64,000 bases of DNA from Vitrella brassicaformis CCMP3155 (taxonomy: Eukaryota; Protista; Chromerida), in assembly GCA_001179505.1 (NCBI GenBank), contig CDMY01000266.1, positions 78,313 through 142,312 on the forward strand, read 5' to 3'. Both the position numbers and the translations under genes were made by a program. Positions 24,060-36,599 of this stretch are shown in pieces. Each line of letters opens with the position of its first letter. Within the stretch, counting starts at the first letter, position 1. The notes under the pieces were generated by a model that searched no databases, was not told the origin of the DNA, and worked only from the letters and a program-made list of their open reading frames with translations.

Positions 24060-25447
24060 AAGAAGTCTATCGCCGTGCAAGATCCTCAAGGCCAGGTGCA
24101 GGCACTCACCTGCCCTGCCTCGACAAGGACGGCGACGACTTCGACCCTCATGGAGAGCACTGCATCTTCGCCATGATCGCCAGATGGGAGCACGACGACA
24201 ATACCCTGGCCGTAAGAGAATACGCCAACACACTCATTCATCAACAGTCATTTGCCGCGCATGCGTGTGTGTGTGGTTGTGTGTATACCTGCTGGCCGAT
24301 GGTCACCCCTGACGACATCCCTGGCGTCAAGCCAGACGATGACATCACCGGTGAGAACCCCGTGAGCTGCCTCAAGTGCGAAAAAGTGATGCATGGCAGC
24401 ATCATCAGCTCCGAAGAGAAAAACGGGCTCAACGTAAGCACATAGTCAGATACAGGTATGCTGCAAAACTCACCCTTTTTCTGCAGGCCTACATCAAGTG
24501 TCCCAAGAACTGCCCCATTGGCGATGACAAGGACAACGACAAGGCGTTGCCCGTCCTGATTCTGCACATGCTGGCCGTGGCCGCTGCGTACATGTATCGC
24601 ACCAGGGTCGCCAGCGGCACTGTGTACGATATCGAGCAAGGTACCACATATGCACAAACACACACATGCACGCACACCCACACCTCTCACACAGCGACGC
24701 CTCTCTTTCTGTGTAATTCTCTGTGTGCAAACTTTCCTAGCCCATACTTTTCAAAGGTCAAGAGAGATTTCAGCGATATTATCGATGCAAACAAGCCCTT
24801 TTTCTCACGTGAGCGAACACATGAGGAAGAGCCAGGTGTCACTCTCTGGCGGGTTTGTGTATGGTGTGCCTTTATGTTGGGGTGTGCGTGTCGTGCAGTC
24901 CGTCGGAGGGGCAGCATCCCGCATTTTCTGTCAGATGCCACACGATATGCGGATGGATGCCCGACCGCTTCATCGAAGGCGAACTGTCTTGGACGTGGAT
25001 TCACATTGACACCCACTACGCCTTCATGCATGTGCTCCACGCTCGCCTTCACTCACACGTCGACACTTCACAAGAATCACACTCCTTATTTTCGATTGGT
25101 GCGTTGCACAGGCGGTGTACATCACCAGGGATGTGAAGTTGCCCAAGGGCAATTTCGCCGTCATCCACGTAAGCCGCCCCCTAGACATCTACTTCAAGAT
25201 GCGCGACTATTCCAAATACGACTTCATGCGCATCCTGACCATCGCCCACGACGGCTACGCCATCCACCCGAGCGGCTGCGCCATCCGCAACATCAGCCGC
25301 AAGCCCTCAATGGTGCTAGCCCCTTTCGGCCACAAGCTGCCCTTCGATTTCAACCCCCATCTGATTCGGCCGGCCGTCATCAACTTGGACCGCACCGCCT
25401 CGCGCTTCTTCGATCCTCTGCCCCTCACAGAGCGTCACCTTACCTAG
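24060..25447 (+). CDS. Hypothetical spliced protein (5' end unresolved)
   Basis: Exons with GT-AG borders: CLDKDGDDFDPHGEHCIFAM…, GENPVSCLKCEKVMHG…, AYIKCPKNCPIG…, WTWIHIDTHYAFMH, YITRDVKLPKGNFAVIHVSRPLDIYF…ERHLT*. C/G-ending codon bias. Confidence 0.55.
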
Positions 25448-25650
25448 GACATCGTCGGCGACCACTTCCCTCTAGTGCTCACCAACTTGTTTGTGCAGAG
25501 AGGGGAGGGATGTCCGCTCAGGGCGATGATCACTGATCATCACGATCGAGGTGGGTGTAGGAATAGGTGCATGTTGAATGGCACTGCGGTAAGAATAATC
25601 GCCACGCTCCAGGCTTGTTTTGCAAGGCGCGTGTTACAATACGTGTTACA

Positions 25651-26130
25651 ATGAGCGTGTTGCAGGCCTCCCTCCTGACTGCCAATTATACCAACGATCA
25701 GTCGTTCGAGTCCTCACTTTCGTTGGGCAGGGAGGTGTATTCCCGTCAAAAGGAGTTCGCCAAGGAAGGGGACCAGCTAACCAGTGTGAAGATTCCAGCT
25801 TCAATGTCCGATGACGAGATAACTGACTGCATTGCAGTGGTGATTCCCCCGATTGCCCCTTTCAGCCCTTCTCATTCCTTCTGTCTCTTTACTTTGCGTG
25901 ACGCGGCCCGGGCGGTCAACAACATAAGACAGCTCTTCTCTTCGCCTCAGCCGGACAACGACCCGGGTATCACCGGAGCGAGTCAGATGGATGCCTTCTA
26001 TGAGACCGCCAACGACGAAGGCAAGGACTTGACACTCCCTGTTATTGACATAGTATGGGAGGACATCAAGGAGATGGTGGCCGAAAACGCACCGCTGTCG
26101 TCTATCGTCACCCTCCTGACAGCCTCCTGA
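25651..26130 (+). CDS. Hypothetical protein
   Basis: 159-codon frame MSVLQASLLTANYTNDQSFES…EDIKEMVAENAPLSSIVTLLTAS* with protein-like composition. No family recognised. Confidence 0.4.
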   Translation: MSVLQASLLTANYTNDQSFESSLSLGREVYSRQKEFAKEGDQLTSVKIPASMSDDEITDCIAVVIPPIAPFSPSHSFCLFTLRDAARAVNNIRQLFSSPQPDNDPGITGASQMDAFYETANDEGKDLTLPVIDIVWEDIKEMVAENAPLSSIVTLLTAS

Positions 26131-26417
26131 TGACGCTCCCAGGCTTCGGTCTTAAGTTGTCGTTCATGGTGGTGCAGGTCAGTCGATCTGGGTTACTAAT
26201 TAGAGGCAATTTATCGGTGTCCTTTCCTGCTGTCTTTTTCTGCTTAGTTATTCCTATACTGTCTCGCCTATTTGAAACCTTCGAAGAGGATGAGCTATGT
26301 CCCAACCCTCCCTCCTCCGCCCCATAAGGTGAAACAAAGAAATCCCCTTCCCCCCAGCCGCATATAGATACACAGAACACATAGAGACACATCTATTTTT
26401 CAGGAATCTCGCCGAAT

Positions 26418-26822
26418 GTGATGTACAAGCCTGGCGCCATATCCTTTACGTCCTTGGTGTATTTAGCGACCGGCCCGAGGACCAGCGCTTTAAAGAATGT
26501 TGACACAGTCATACAGCGAGTGAGCCCAAATGCACTGCTTGCGTTCGTGTGTGGTATACACGTACATATCGGTCACATCGATATTCTTTCTGCCTGGTTT
26601 CCCCACATTGGTCAGATTCTCAAGCAACCTGGCACCCAACAGGCACAGAAGGCGTTGAGGAAGAAGGAGCGGCGTGAGGGGTCAAGAGACGAAGCAGCCA
26701 AAGAGGTAAAAAGACGCAGAAAGCCGAAGATCGTCACATCTCTCTCACTACTTCGTCTGTGTCTCTGTGTCGGTGTGTGTGTATCTGCATCTCAACGTGT
26801 CTGCGTCTGTGTTCTTGCGTAG
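26418..26822 (+). CDS. Possible hypothetical protein fragment
   Basis: Open frame with a basic tail (KALRKKERREGSRDEAAKEVKRRRKPK). Weak support. Confidence 0.2.
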   Translation: MMYKPGAISFTSLVYLATGPRTSALKNVDTVIQRVSPNALLAFVCGIHVHIGHIDILSAWFPHIGQILKQPGTQQAQKALRKKERREGSRDEAAKEVKRRRKPKIVTSLSLLRLCLCVGVCVSASQRVCVCVLA

Positions 26823-27205
26823 GTCTCTGCACCTGATAGGATGGCTTGAGCCATCAGCGAGCCGAACGACAGCCGTCATGCATTCTGTAGGCTGATGCAG
26901 TCTCAGCAGCGCGGGTGTGATATAAATGAGCGAAGGAAGTCTGTGAGTAGACGGTCTAAAGTTGCCCCCAGCCACTAACAGCCACCTCTGGCGTTAGAAA
27001 TAGACATCCACCGTAGCGACACATTAGCATGTGAAGAGGTGTAGATTCATATTTGCAGTGGTTAATTTCATGCTTCTGGCGGACAAGACTCATTGAATTC
27101 AATCAACACACGCATTTCTGCACAGATGGTTCACCGATAAATATACACAAACACGCACACGCAAGCACACTCAATGAGTTCTCTCCCTCCCTCCCTCTCT
27201 GTCAA

Positions 27206-27700
27206 CTACTGCTGGACCCACAAAGCCATCAGGACAGTGGCCACCCCAAGGGCCAGCCACCCGCCCCTCTCGTAGGCATTGGACGCCCAATTGGTGTTGA
27301 AGCCGCTCTTGACCCCCTCTGTCACGGGGGAGTATTTGGACGAGCCCCCAGTGTCGTCCTCTAGCTGCCGGGCCGTCGTGATAGCTATGGGACCCGCATT
27401 CTCCCGCTCGGCCTCATTGGGCGTCACAAAGGGATGAAGGGCGATGGTGTCGTGAGCCCACTGACACAAAGACTGATGGATGGATGACATGCAGACAGAC
27501 AGACAGACAGACAGACAGACAGGCGCCAAGGAGAGATGCATTGTATAGGTGTGTGTGTGTGTGTGTGCGTGTATGCGTGTGTTTTTACCTGTAGTTCTGT
27601 GAACATGTTGAAGTCCTCCTCTGATTTGGTCGCCTGCTTGACTAAGGAAGAGTCCAAAATGGCCCGATGCTGACACACACACACACACAGACACACACAC

Positions 27701-27752
<52 letters not shown>

Positions 27753-28636
27753 CAGCGCATTGTCCACTGTGTTCCACCGCCCCACCGCCCCATTCACCGA
27801 CCATTTGGGCGGCTTTGTCACCGAAGGCCTCGCAGGCACCCCACATGAGATAGCACGAGCTCTCGTCGATGTTCAACCGACCAATCACCTTTGCACCCAC
27901 ATACACACACACAGATTGATTGATGCATTCATGTGAGTGAGTGCAGACGAAGAATCTATGCAACTTACTCACCTGCACGTTGGAATCATCTTCCAGCGGC
28001 ACGAAGGCCACGTACTTCTTCCAGTCGGGCTTGCATCCGAAGCAGATCATGCCTGCGGCGTACTCGGGCACCCGGCTGTAGCATGGCGCGTAGAAGGCGG
28101 GGTCGAGGACGTCAGTGATGCGCTCGACGGCCACGTCAAACTGCTTCTGGTGGTCGGGCGAGGAGGCGCTGTACTGCGCAGACGACTTGACCTGACACAA
28201 GCATGACAACACAAGACAACACAAGAAACAGACGAGGGCCATCTTTCCATCCATCCATGTATTGTATTGTATTGTATCGTGTGTCGGCCTTGCCTGCATA
28301 ACGGACGCCTTCTAGCTGGCGAGTCGTCTTATCTTGGAGTCGAGTATCGACCGCCAGAAGTGGTAGTACTTGAGCTGTTCACTCTCCAGCGTCTACACAC
28401 AACCGGATGGATGGATGGGCGCGCAGATGATAGATCTGTGTCTGTACCTGGTGGCAGCAGGAGGAGAGTTCATTGTACTGTGGGCAGAGCTGCAGGTTGG
28501 TCTCTATCTGCGGGATGTCGTCGTACGTCTGGATGTCCTTCTTGCCGTACCAATGCGGCTGGAACAGGGGATTCCGGCACGCATCCTCCAGACCCGCCAC
28601 ACGCTCCCACAAACAACACCAGCCCACCAGCACAAG
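27206..28636 (-). pseudogene. Folate-receptor-like Cys-rich GPI-anchored protein, copy 1 (lacks start codon)
   Basis: Exons LQLCPQYNELSSCCHQ, YAAGMICFGCKPDW, SSCYLMWGAC and a C-terminal hydrophobic GPI-like tail (GGWLALGVATVLMALWVQQ*). Similarity to copy 2 stops at 28636, just short of the ATG, and there is an in-frame TAG upstream. Confidence 0.6.
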
Positions 28637-29256
28637 AGGATCTGTCGCGTGGGTGCCTTCCCCCTTGCACGTCTAAGCTCGCAGGGTTTGGAACCCTGCG
28701 ACCTGTGGGCCGGGGAGGTTATTTCCCATTGCAATTAAGTGCCCATGAAGGCTGCTGCCGTGCTCACCTGGACAGTAATGACGCGTGGGGTTTGCGAACT
28801 GGGTGAATGCAGGTGTGCAGCAGTGGGCGGCAGACGCACCCAGACATTCACACACACGGAGTTCGACGAGTGTCCGTCGCAGGAGGCTGGGAGGCCGGGG
28901 AATGACTGTTGGTGTGATGGGCTGTGTGTGTGCGGCGGTTGGGCGGCTGGCCTTGCGTGTGTGAGAAGTGGGTATGCGGCAGGGGGGGTATCGATGGGGT
29001 GAGTGCGGTGAAGTGGTGAGAGGTGCAATTTGGTGGAAAGGACGAATAGCGAGGCGGTGTTGGTTGGCAGTCAGAACATCTTGTAGTAAAGGTATACAGT
29101 CAATACTCGTCCTTCCACGGCACCACTAAGTTAGGAAAAAACTCATGGACACAGAGAGAGAGGGAGAGACAACCGATGAGTGCAGCGGTGAGTGGGGGTG
29201 CAAGGGGGTGTCCATGCGATACACACACACACAGAGAACACACACAGACATGCTCA

Positions 29257-29366
29257 GGCTCGGCCCTTCGGGCCTCGCCTTCGCAGCAACGGCACACAGA
29301 CACACACACTTATACACAGACGAGGCAGGTTTCGCTCGGCTCGGCCCTTCGGGCCTCGCCTTCGCA
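29257..29366. repeat. Two identical 29-bp direct repeats (GGCTCGGCCCTTCGGGCCTCGCCTTCGCA)
   Basis: Copies at 29257-29285 and 29338-29366. Nineteen bp of the unit also occur inverted at 15-33. Confidence 0.9.
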
Positions 29367-29415
29367 TGGACGACATACACTCAGAGAGAAAGTGTGTGAG
29401 TGTGTGTGTGTGTGT

Positions 29416-29715
29416 NNNNNNNNNNNNNNNNNNNNNNNNNNNNNNNNNNNNNNNNNNNNNNNNNNNNNNNNNNNNNNNNNNNNNNNNNNNNNNNNNNNNN
29501 NNNNNNNNNNNNNNNNNNNNNNNNNNNNNNNNNNNNNNNNNNNNNNNNNNNNNNNNNNNNNNNNNNNNNNNNNNNNNNNNNNNNNNNNNNNNNNNNNNNN
29601 NNNNNNNNNNNNNNNNNNNNNNNNNNNNNNNNNNNNNNNNNNNNNNNNNNNNNNNNNNNNNNNNNNNNNNNNNNNNNNNNNNNNNNNNNNNNNNNNNNNN
29701 NNNNNNNNNNNNNNN
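29416..29715. other. Assembly gap (300 N)
   Basis: Run of N that cuts the last exon of folate-receptor-like copy 2. Confidence 1.
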
Positions 29716-30979
29716 ATTTGGATGAGCCCCCAGTGTCGGCCTCTAGCTGCCGGGCCGTCGTGATAGCTATAGGACCCGCATTCTCCCGCTCGGCCTCATT
29801 GGGCGTCACAAAGGGATGAAGGGCGATGGTGTCGTGAGCCCACTGACACAAAGACTGATGGATGGATGACACCCAGACAGACGGACAGGCGCCAAGGAGA
29901 GATGCATTGTATAGGGGTGTGTGTGTGTGTGTGTGCGTGTACTTTTACCTGTAGTTCTGTGAACATATTGAAGTCCTCCTCTGATTTGGTCGCCTGCTTG
30001 ACTAAGGAAGAGTCCAAAATGGCCCGATGCTGACACACACACACACACACACAGACAGACAGACAAACAGACAGACCGACAGCAGCGCATTGTCCATTGT
30101 GTCCCACCGCCCCACCCACCGTCCCATTTACCGACCATTTGGGCGGCTTTGTCACCGAAGGCCTCGCAGGCACCCCACATGAGATAGCACGAGCTCTCGT
30201 CGATGTTCAACCGACCAATCACCTTGGAATGGGAACCATATACACACACAGATTGATTGGTGCACTCATGTGGGTGAGTGCAGACGAAGATGCAATTCAC
30301 CTGCACGTTTGGGTCATCTTCCAGCGGCACGAAGGCCACGTATTTCTTCCAGTCGGGCTTGCACCCGAAGCAGATCATGCCTGCGGCGTACTCGAGCACC
30401 CGGCTGTAGCATGGCGCGTAGAAGGCGGGGTCGAGGACGTCAGTGATGCGCTCGACGGCCACGTCAAACTGCTTCTGGTGGTCGGGCGAGGAGGCGCTGT
30501 ACTGCGCAGACGACTTGACCTGACACAAGCATGACAACACAAAACAGCACAAGAAACAGACGAGGGCCATCTTTCCATCTCCCCATCCATCCATGGATTG
30601 TATCGTATTGTGTGTCGGCCTTGCCTGCATAACGGACGCCTTGTAGCTGGCGAGTCGTCTTATCTTGGAGTCGAGTATCGACCGCCAGAAGTGGTAGTAC
30701 TTGAGCTGTTCACTCTCCAGCGTCTACACACAACCGGATGGATGGATGGGCGCGCAGATGATAGATCTGTGTCTGTACCTGGTGGCAGCAGGAGGAGAGT
30801 TCATTGTACTGTGGGCAGAGCTGCAGGTTGGTCTCTATCTGCGGGATGTCGTTGTACGTCTGGATGTCCTTCTTGCCGTACCAATGCGGCTGGAACAGAG
30901 GATTCCGGCACGCATCCTCCAGACCCGCCACACGCTCCCACAAACCACACCAGCCCACCAGCACAAGCCACGATATCAT
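29716..30979 (-). CDS. Folate-receptor-like Cys-rich secreted/GPI protein, copy 2 (3' end in gap)
   Basis: ATG 30979: MISWLVLVGWCGLWERVAG|LEDACRNPLFQP… (signal peptide). Same exon structure as copy 1 with scattered substitutions (VLEYAAG vs VPEYAAG). Confidence 0.7.
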
Positions 30980-31242
30980 GATTATTGCTGCCGAAGAGCC
31001 AGATTGGTTTGTAAACGGAATGAACGACTGCAAAATGGCGTGCTTCTGTCCAATTGCTTCTGTCCGTCTCTGACTCGCGGCCTGACTATCAGACTGTTGG
31101 CCGCATCCGTATAAGGTACATAAACAACACGTACACCTGTGGAGAGATGCGGGCAATGAACCATGCAAACATTCCCATGACTCGTTCATGAATCATCATG
31201 ATGTGCACAAACAGGACGCCATCAACCCAGTCTGTCGATCGC

Positions 31243-34200
31243 TTAGTTGTCCTCTGATCGGCCCTCCTGAGGACCGCCCGCTTCGCCACCTTCACTCTCG
31301 TGCTCCTCACTCTCAATCTCCTGCATGACACACACACACAATACACACACATGAACGGATACGTACATGCCCCTTCCCCACCAAACATAGACGTGTATGC
31401 CATCCCATCCACACCCACGTGGAGAATTGCGATGAGCGACTGCTTGATAGCGAGAAATGACGGCCGATCGGCGGGGCTTGCGAAGCACTGGGCGACGAGT
31501 CGCCGGAGGGATGGCCGCCAAGTGTGAGGGACGGGCAGCCTCTCGCCCTGCTGGCCCACACGATAGGGAATCTCCTCGGGAGATAATCCTAACCATGGAG
31601 GCTGCCTGCACCACACACACGACGACAGTGCACCCATCCTCTTCTTCTCTCCCTCTCTGTTTTTGTGTACAGTATGTATGTGGCATTTATGTGTGTCACT
31701 GACCCCATGACCATCTCCCACATGTTGACGCCAAACGCGTAGACGTCACTCGCCTCGCTCAGCCCGGCGCCGTGGAAACCCTCTGGAGGGAAATACGCCA
31801 GTGTGCCGCCGACCGACACCGACGCACCCGCACCGCCCTCCTTGGCCGTCGCCAGGTGGTTGGGCGACGTGCTGTGGCAGTGAGAGAGCGTGTGGCTCAG
31901 ACCGAAGTCGACGATCTTGGCCTTGATGCTGCTGCTGCTGGTGGTGGTCGTCACGTTGCCGTTGTCAGCAGCAGTGCTAGGGAGAGAAGGCGTCTGCTCG
32001 ATGAGGATGTTCATCGGCTTCAGATCTGAAGGACATGCATTCACCGCCCGTACGTCTCTTCTGCCAACCAATCGGCCCATCTCTGTCTTTCCCTGACTGA
32101 CCGCCATGCACAATGCGGTGGTGTGCGAGCACGATCATGCCGTTGCAGATCTCGATGGCGATCCTCACGGCCTCCCTGTCGGGCAGCGGGCGTGACGGCT
32201 GGCCCCTCCCCTGGTGGATGAGTGCGTGCAGGTTGCCGCCAGTGATGTACTCGGTCACCAAATACAGCTCGGGGAAGGGGCGCGGCTCGTGCGTCTCGGG
32301 GTCGTGCCAATCGCACGCGTAACCCAGCTGACACAGACAGACAGACAGACACGCATGACAAGCATGATCGGGATGGATGTATTTGTGTTCCGTTGTGTTG
32401 AGTGGAGTGTGTACCAGCAGGACGACGTTGGGCGACCGGACCTCAGCTAAGATGCGGACCTCCTGCACACACACGCACAACCAACCAAGCAACCAACCAT
32501 CCATCCATTCACAAGCATGAGGAACCCCCCGTCCATCCCTCCCTGCGAGTGACCGACCTTGAAGAATGAGGACAGGAGGTCGGCGTTGATCAGCGTCGTG
32601 TCCGTCTTAAGACGCTTGATCGCAACCTCCAAACCTACACCCACAACACACAAACATGGGAAATGCTGGTTGCTTGCAGGCTGGCCGTTGTCGTTGTCAA
32701 GGTTGTCTTACTGCGCCACTGTCCATAGAAGACCTCTGAGAAGGTGCCCTCGCCGATCTTCCGGGTGAAAACTAAATCCTTCGCCTCGATATGCAGCGAC
32801 GCAGGCAACGTGGTCTGTACACATGGGCACAGACAGACAGGCAAGCCATCCCTCGCTGTCCCTTCGCCTGACCTTGAGCCTGGCTGTCAGGTCTCTGAGT
32901 GCGGAAACTTCCCCACCGCCACACACGCCAGCAGCAATGTCCCCTCCCTCCACGCCAGTCGCAGGCTTCCAGTCGCCAGGAGAAGACTTTGGAAACCCGT
33001 CAAGAGGGTACTCCAGGTCACTCAGTGGCGACTTGCCGTCACTCAGACTCGCACTATCATGGTGGTAGGTCGACGGCAAGACGTTCAGCAGGGGCGGCGC
33101 TGAGCGGCGTGGCAGCTGCAGGGGCGGGGGGGAGAAGAGGGACGTGAGCGGCGGGCCGTTGAGGGGAATCGGCGGAGGGAATGGGGGAAAAGTCGTACGC
33201 CGCAAATGCGGTGAGTACTTCACGACCATTGGCGGCGCTTCTCGGTCGCTCTCTCTGTCTGAAGGGGGCTGTGGGGGGCTGCTGTTGGTGGCATGGTCGG
33301 GTACTGCTGCTGCTGCTGCTGCTGTTGTGGGTGGTGGTTCGCTCTGCTCATGGAATTGCAGCCAGTATGAGCCTCCTTCTGCAGGGGGGGCGGGGGGAGG
33401 CAAGAAGGGGTTGGTCGGCAGCAGGGAGGGCCGTCCATCGCCGCTGACGCTGGCAGCAAACGGGTTGGTGAGACGGTCATCATCGTATTCGTTGTGTTCC
33501 TCGTCTCGCTCCTCGTGCAACGGTTTGTGGTCGTCCTCTTCTCCCTCATCTGTGTCACCAGCAGATCTCTCATCGTCCTCCTCCGCGTCTTGGCTGCTGT
33601 CGTCCGCATCCCCATCAGCACCGTCGTCCTTTCGAAAGGATGGCGGCCGTTTGTCGCTGGCGTGTCCGCCGAGCAACCCTCTCTGCTCGCCGTCAGACTC
33701 ATCGTCGATGGGGCTGACCTCCACACCCATGACGTTGATGCGCTCCTTCTCCCTCAGGCTGGCCCATCGCTTTCGCCTCTTCCTCACTGCTGCTGCCGGT
33801 GGTCGCCGCTCCTTGCTCTCAGAGTCGCTGGTGATGGCCGTCATGTCGTGCGGCAACAAGGAGGGGAGCTCCTCCTCCCGCTGCTGCTGCTCTTGTGCGC
33901 CGCCGGGATCTCCCACATCATCACTTTCGTTGCTGCTGACACTGGAAGACGACGAACGAGAACGAGACCGAGAGGGACGTGGACGCACATGTGGATGCTG
34001 TGGATGCTGCACATTCACGTGTCTGTCCTCAGGCATCGAGTCGCCGTCATCGTTGTCATCGACAACACGGAGCAAGGGCGCCGGCGGCTCGTCTTCTGCT
34101 GGGAAGATGGGCGGCGAGGCCTCTCCCTTGGATGACTCAGAAGAAGAGGATGAGCTGCGGCTGCTGCGGGGGATAGATGGTGCTTGCACTGGGCGCGTCT

Positions 34201-34282
34201 CTTTGTTGCGAGTAGCTCGGCGAGCAGAAGGCAGCAGATGGTTCATAGATGCCAAAAGTGCTCTTTCGTTCAAAGCTCGCAT
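31243..34282 (-). CDS. Tyrosine-kinase-like (TKL/MAP3K-like) Ser/Thr protein kinase with long disordered N-terminus
   Basis: KIGEGTFSEVFYGQW, VAIKRL, LVTEYITGGNL, VHG|DLKPMNIL, KIVDFGLS, GTLAYFPPE, SDVYAFGVNMWE, DRPSF; stop 31243-31245. Confidence 0.92.
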
Positions 34283-34551
34283 GACTGCGAGCTAAAACAA
34301 GCATGGGCGTGGGTTCGGTACAGCACAGTGGATCTGGTTAAGATCGTGGTTAAGCCGCTGCAGCAAGCCGTTGCAGACGCCATCGTTGGTGAGAATTCTG
34401 ATAGAGAATTCACCTCTGTCAAAGGCAGAGGAGTAGCCAGCTGAGGTACGGCAAGCGGAAGAAAGCCACTCGGAGGCTCACAGATCGATGAGGCGCCACC
34501 GGTGCATTCACTGATATGATGTCCGCGCTGTGTCTGTTTGCAGGTGTGCAG

Positions 34552-35509
34552 ATGTCGGCTGCTGCTTCTGAAGAAGGTGGTGCCTCTATAGCTGACGAGC
34601 CATCTTCATCCGCTGCGTCGGCCGCAAATGGTACACTAACAGAGGTGTGTGTGTGTGTGATTGCCGGCAGACAGCTGTGTGTGTGTGTATGTGTGTGTGT
34701 GATTGTATTGTAGGTGCTAGCAGTGCATCGTCAGACCACCAGCAGCTCGCGCTCGCCTTCCTCCCTTCAAAGATGTCGCCGACGCTGCTTCTTCTCGTGT
34801 TGTCGTCGTCGCTGGTCGCACAAGCCTCTCCCTCTCTCAGGCTTGGGTTTGTGCCTGCGCGGCCTGCACGACTACCGGGCGTCCAGTGCTGGGACGGCAT
34901 CAGAAGCTGAGAGAGGCTCGAGCCCTCCTCCAAGCTCATCGACGTCTGCACACCAACCGAGGTCGGTTGCACACATGCCAGATGGTCTGTCTGGCCTTCC
35001 TTGCCCCTGACTGCCATCATCTCTCTCTGCGGGCGTGTTCGGTGTGGCGTGTGTCCAGAACGAAGCCACGAAGCGGCCCATCCTCGTAAAGTGCATTCAA
35101 TCTGCCCTGAAAGCCCTCACGGAGTGTGCGTGTCCGTCTGTCTGTCTGTCTGTCCATGTGTTGGCGTGCTCATCCATCTGGCAGACCGAAGATGAGGCCT
35201 TGCAGGACTTACTTGAGTGGTGTTGGAATAAGAAAGACGACATCGACGCGCGGCTACAGGATGTCGACGTGGCGATCGAAGATGCATGCGAGAGGCAAGC
35301 GTCATCGGCGCATTATGCACCTAAAGTGTGTGTCGTTTTGCAATGGATTCCATTGCAAATTAATGCAGTGGCAGCAAGATGTATAGGCCGCTCGTGGGGT
35401 ACCGAGACGAACTCCAGCGCGTCAGATGGCTCGTCTACTTCACATGTACGTACGTACGCCGATGCACGCATTGCACACAGATTCGTCATGGCGTGTGCGC
35501 AAGTGCATC

Positions 35510-35548
<39 letters not shown>

Positions 35549-35781
35549 TGTGTGTGTGTGTGTGCGTGTGTTTGTGTCTGTCTGTCTGTGTGTCTGTGTC
35601 TGTGTCTCTGTCTGTCTGTCTGTCTGTGTTTCAAAAAGGGCTAAGCGCGCTTTCCAAGTGCTGCAAAGGTGTGCGCACACAGATGGCATACACGTGTGTG
35701 CATGCAGCCTTTTCATTTGATGCATTCATTCATTCATTCGCCAGACCCCTTTCAGATGGAGCCAGTGACGCGATACCTTAG
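34552..35781 (+). CDS. Hypothetical spliced protein
   Basis: MSAAASEEGG… follows a probable 5'UTR intron. Helical exons NEATKRPILVKCIQSALKALTE and TEDEALQDLLEWCWNKKDDIDARLQDVDVAIEDAC have GT-AG borders. Confidence 0.5.
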
Positions 35782-36599
35782 CGAAGGTACGTACGTACGT
35801 CCATGACTCTACAAACACGTGTGTCGTGCGGTCGTGTTCTCTTACCCTCAGACTTCGACAACCGCCCCTTCGCTTACAAGCCTATCAAGACGCCTCTCCC
35901 TCCCGCCTCTCAAGGCGTCTCTCCCGAATGAGTAGACGCGTGTGCCTCCACGCCTGGATTGTCGTCTGGGGCCGAGTTTCGTGCAGCTCTTTTTGAGGGG
36001 GGGCGGGAGTGTGTGCGAACACGTTTCTTGCATGCAATCATATCCACCACAACACAACACAACTATGTACATATGAGTGAATCACATTTTAAAGACCAAA
36101 CCCTGAAACGCGTGTTTGGTGCGCTCTCTGCCCCCGTATCTGTCGCGCCGGATGGATGCCGCAGAGACTGGACGGTACGCAACGGTTGAATGTCTGCGGA
36201 TGCTGAAGCCTTGAGTTGGTCGATGCGTCTGCTGCATGAGAAGACATGATATTTATACGTGACGTGAACGAAAGCATAGGTCTTTTTTCGCGAGTTTGAT
36301 TGCAAGCCTGGCCTTGCACGTGTTTGTGCAAAGAAGCTGCCGACCATGAGCTAAGGTAAGGCATGCGCATACACGCACGCAATGCTGCCTACTGAATGAG
36401 ACGGCACATACACGTTGCCGCCCGGATGAATCTACCCTGACGTGAGCACCAGACTACTCCACACACACCATCGATGAACTCATCTACTTCTCGCTCCAAA
36501 CAAACAGCTACAGATTCTCTCTCTCTGTCTCTCTGTCTCTCTGTCTCACACACACACCTACATCATGAGGCCACTCGATCATGGCGAGTACGTACGTTT

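Noticed and set aside
29257-29366. CRISPR array (29-bp hairpin repeats with a 52-nt spacer)
   Set aside because: Only two repeats, the spacer is CA-microsatellite-like, no cas genes are present, and the context is an intron-rich eukaryote.
33144-34295. 383-aa Ser-rich plus-strand ORF
   Set aside because: Antisense shadow of the acidic first exon of the TKL kinase. The same applies to other Ser-rich ORFs opposite the DnaJ and receptor genes.
35800-36590. Possible small gene or ncRNA
   Set aside because: No protein motif, no tRNA/snRNA/rRNA signature and no clear structure recognised.
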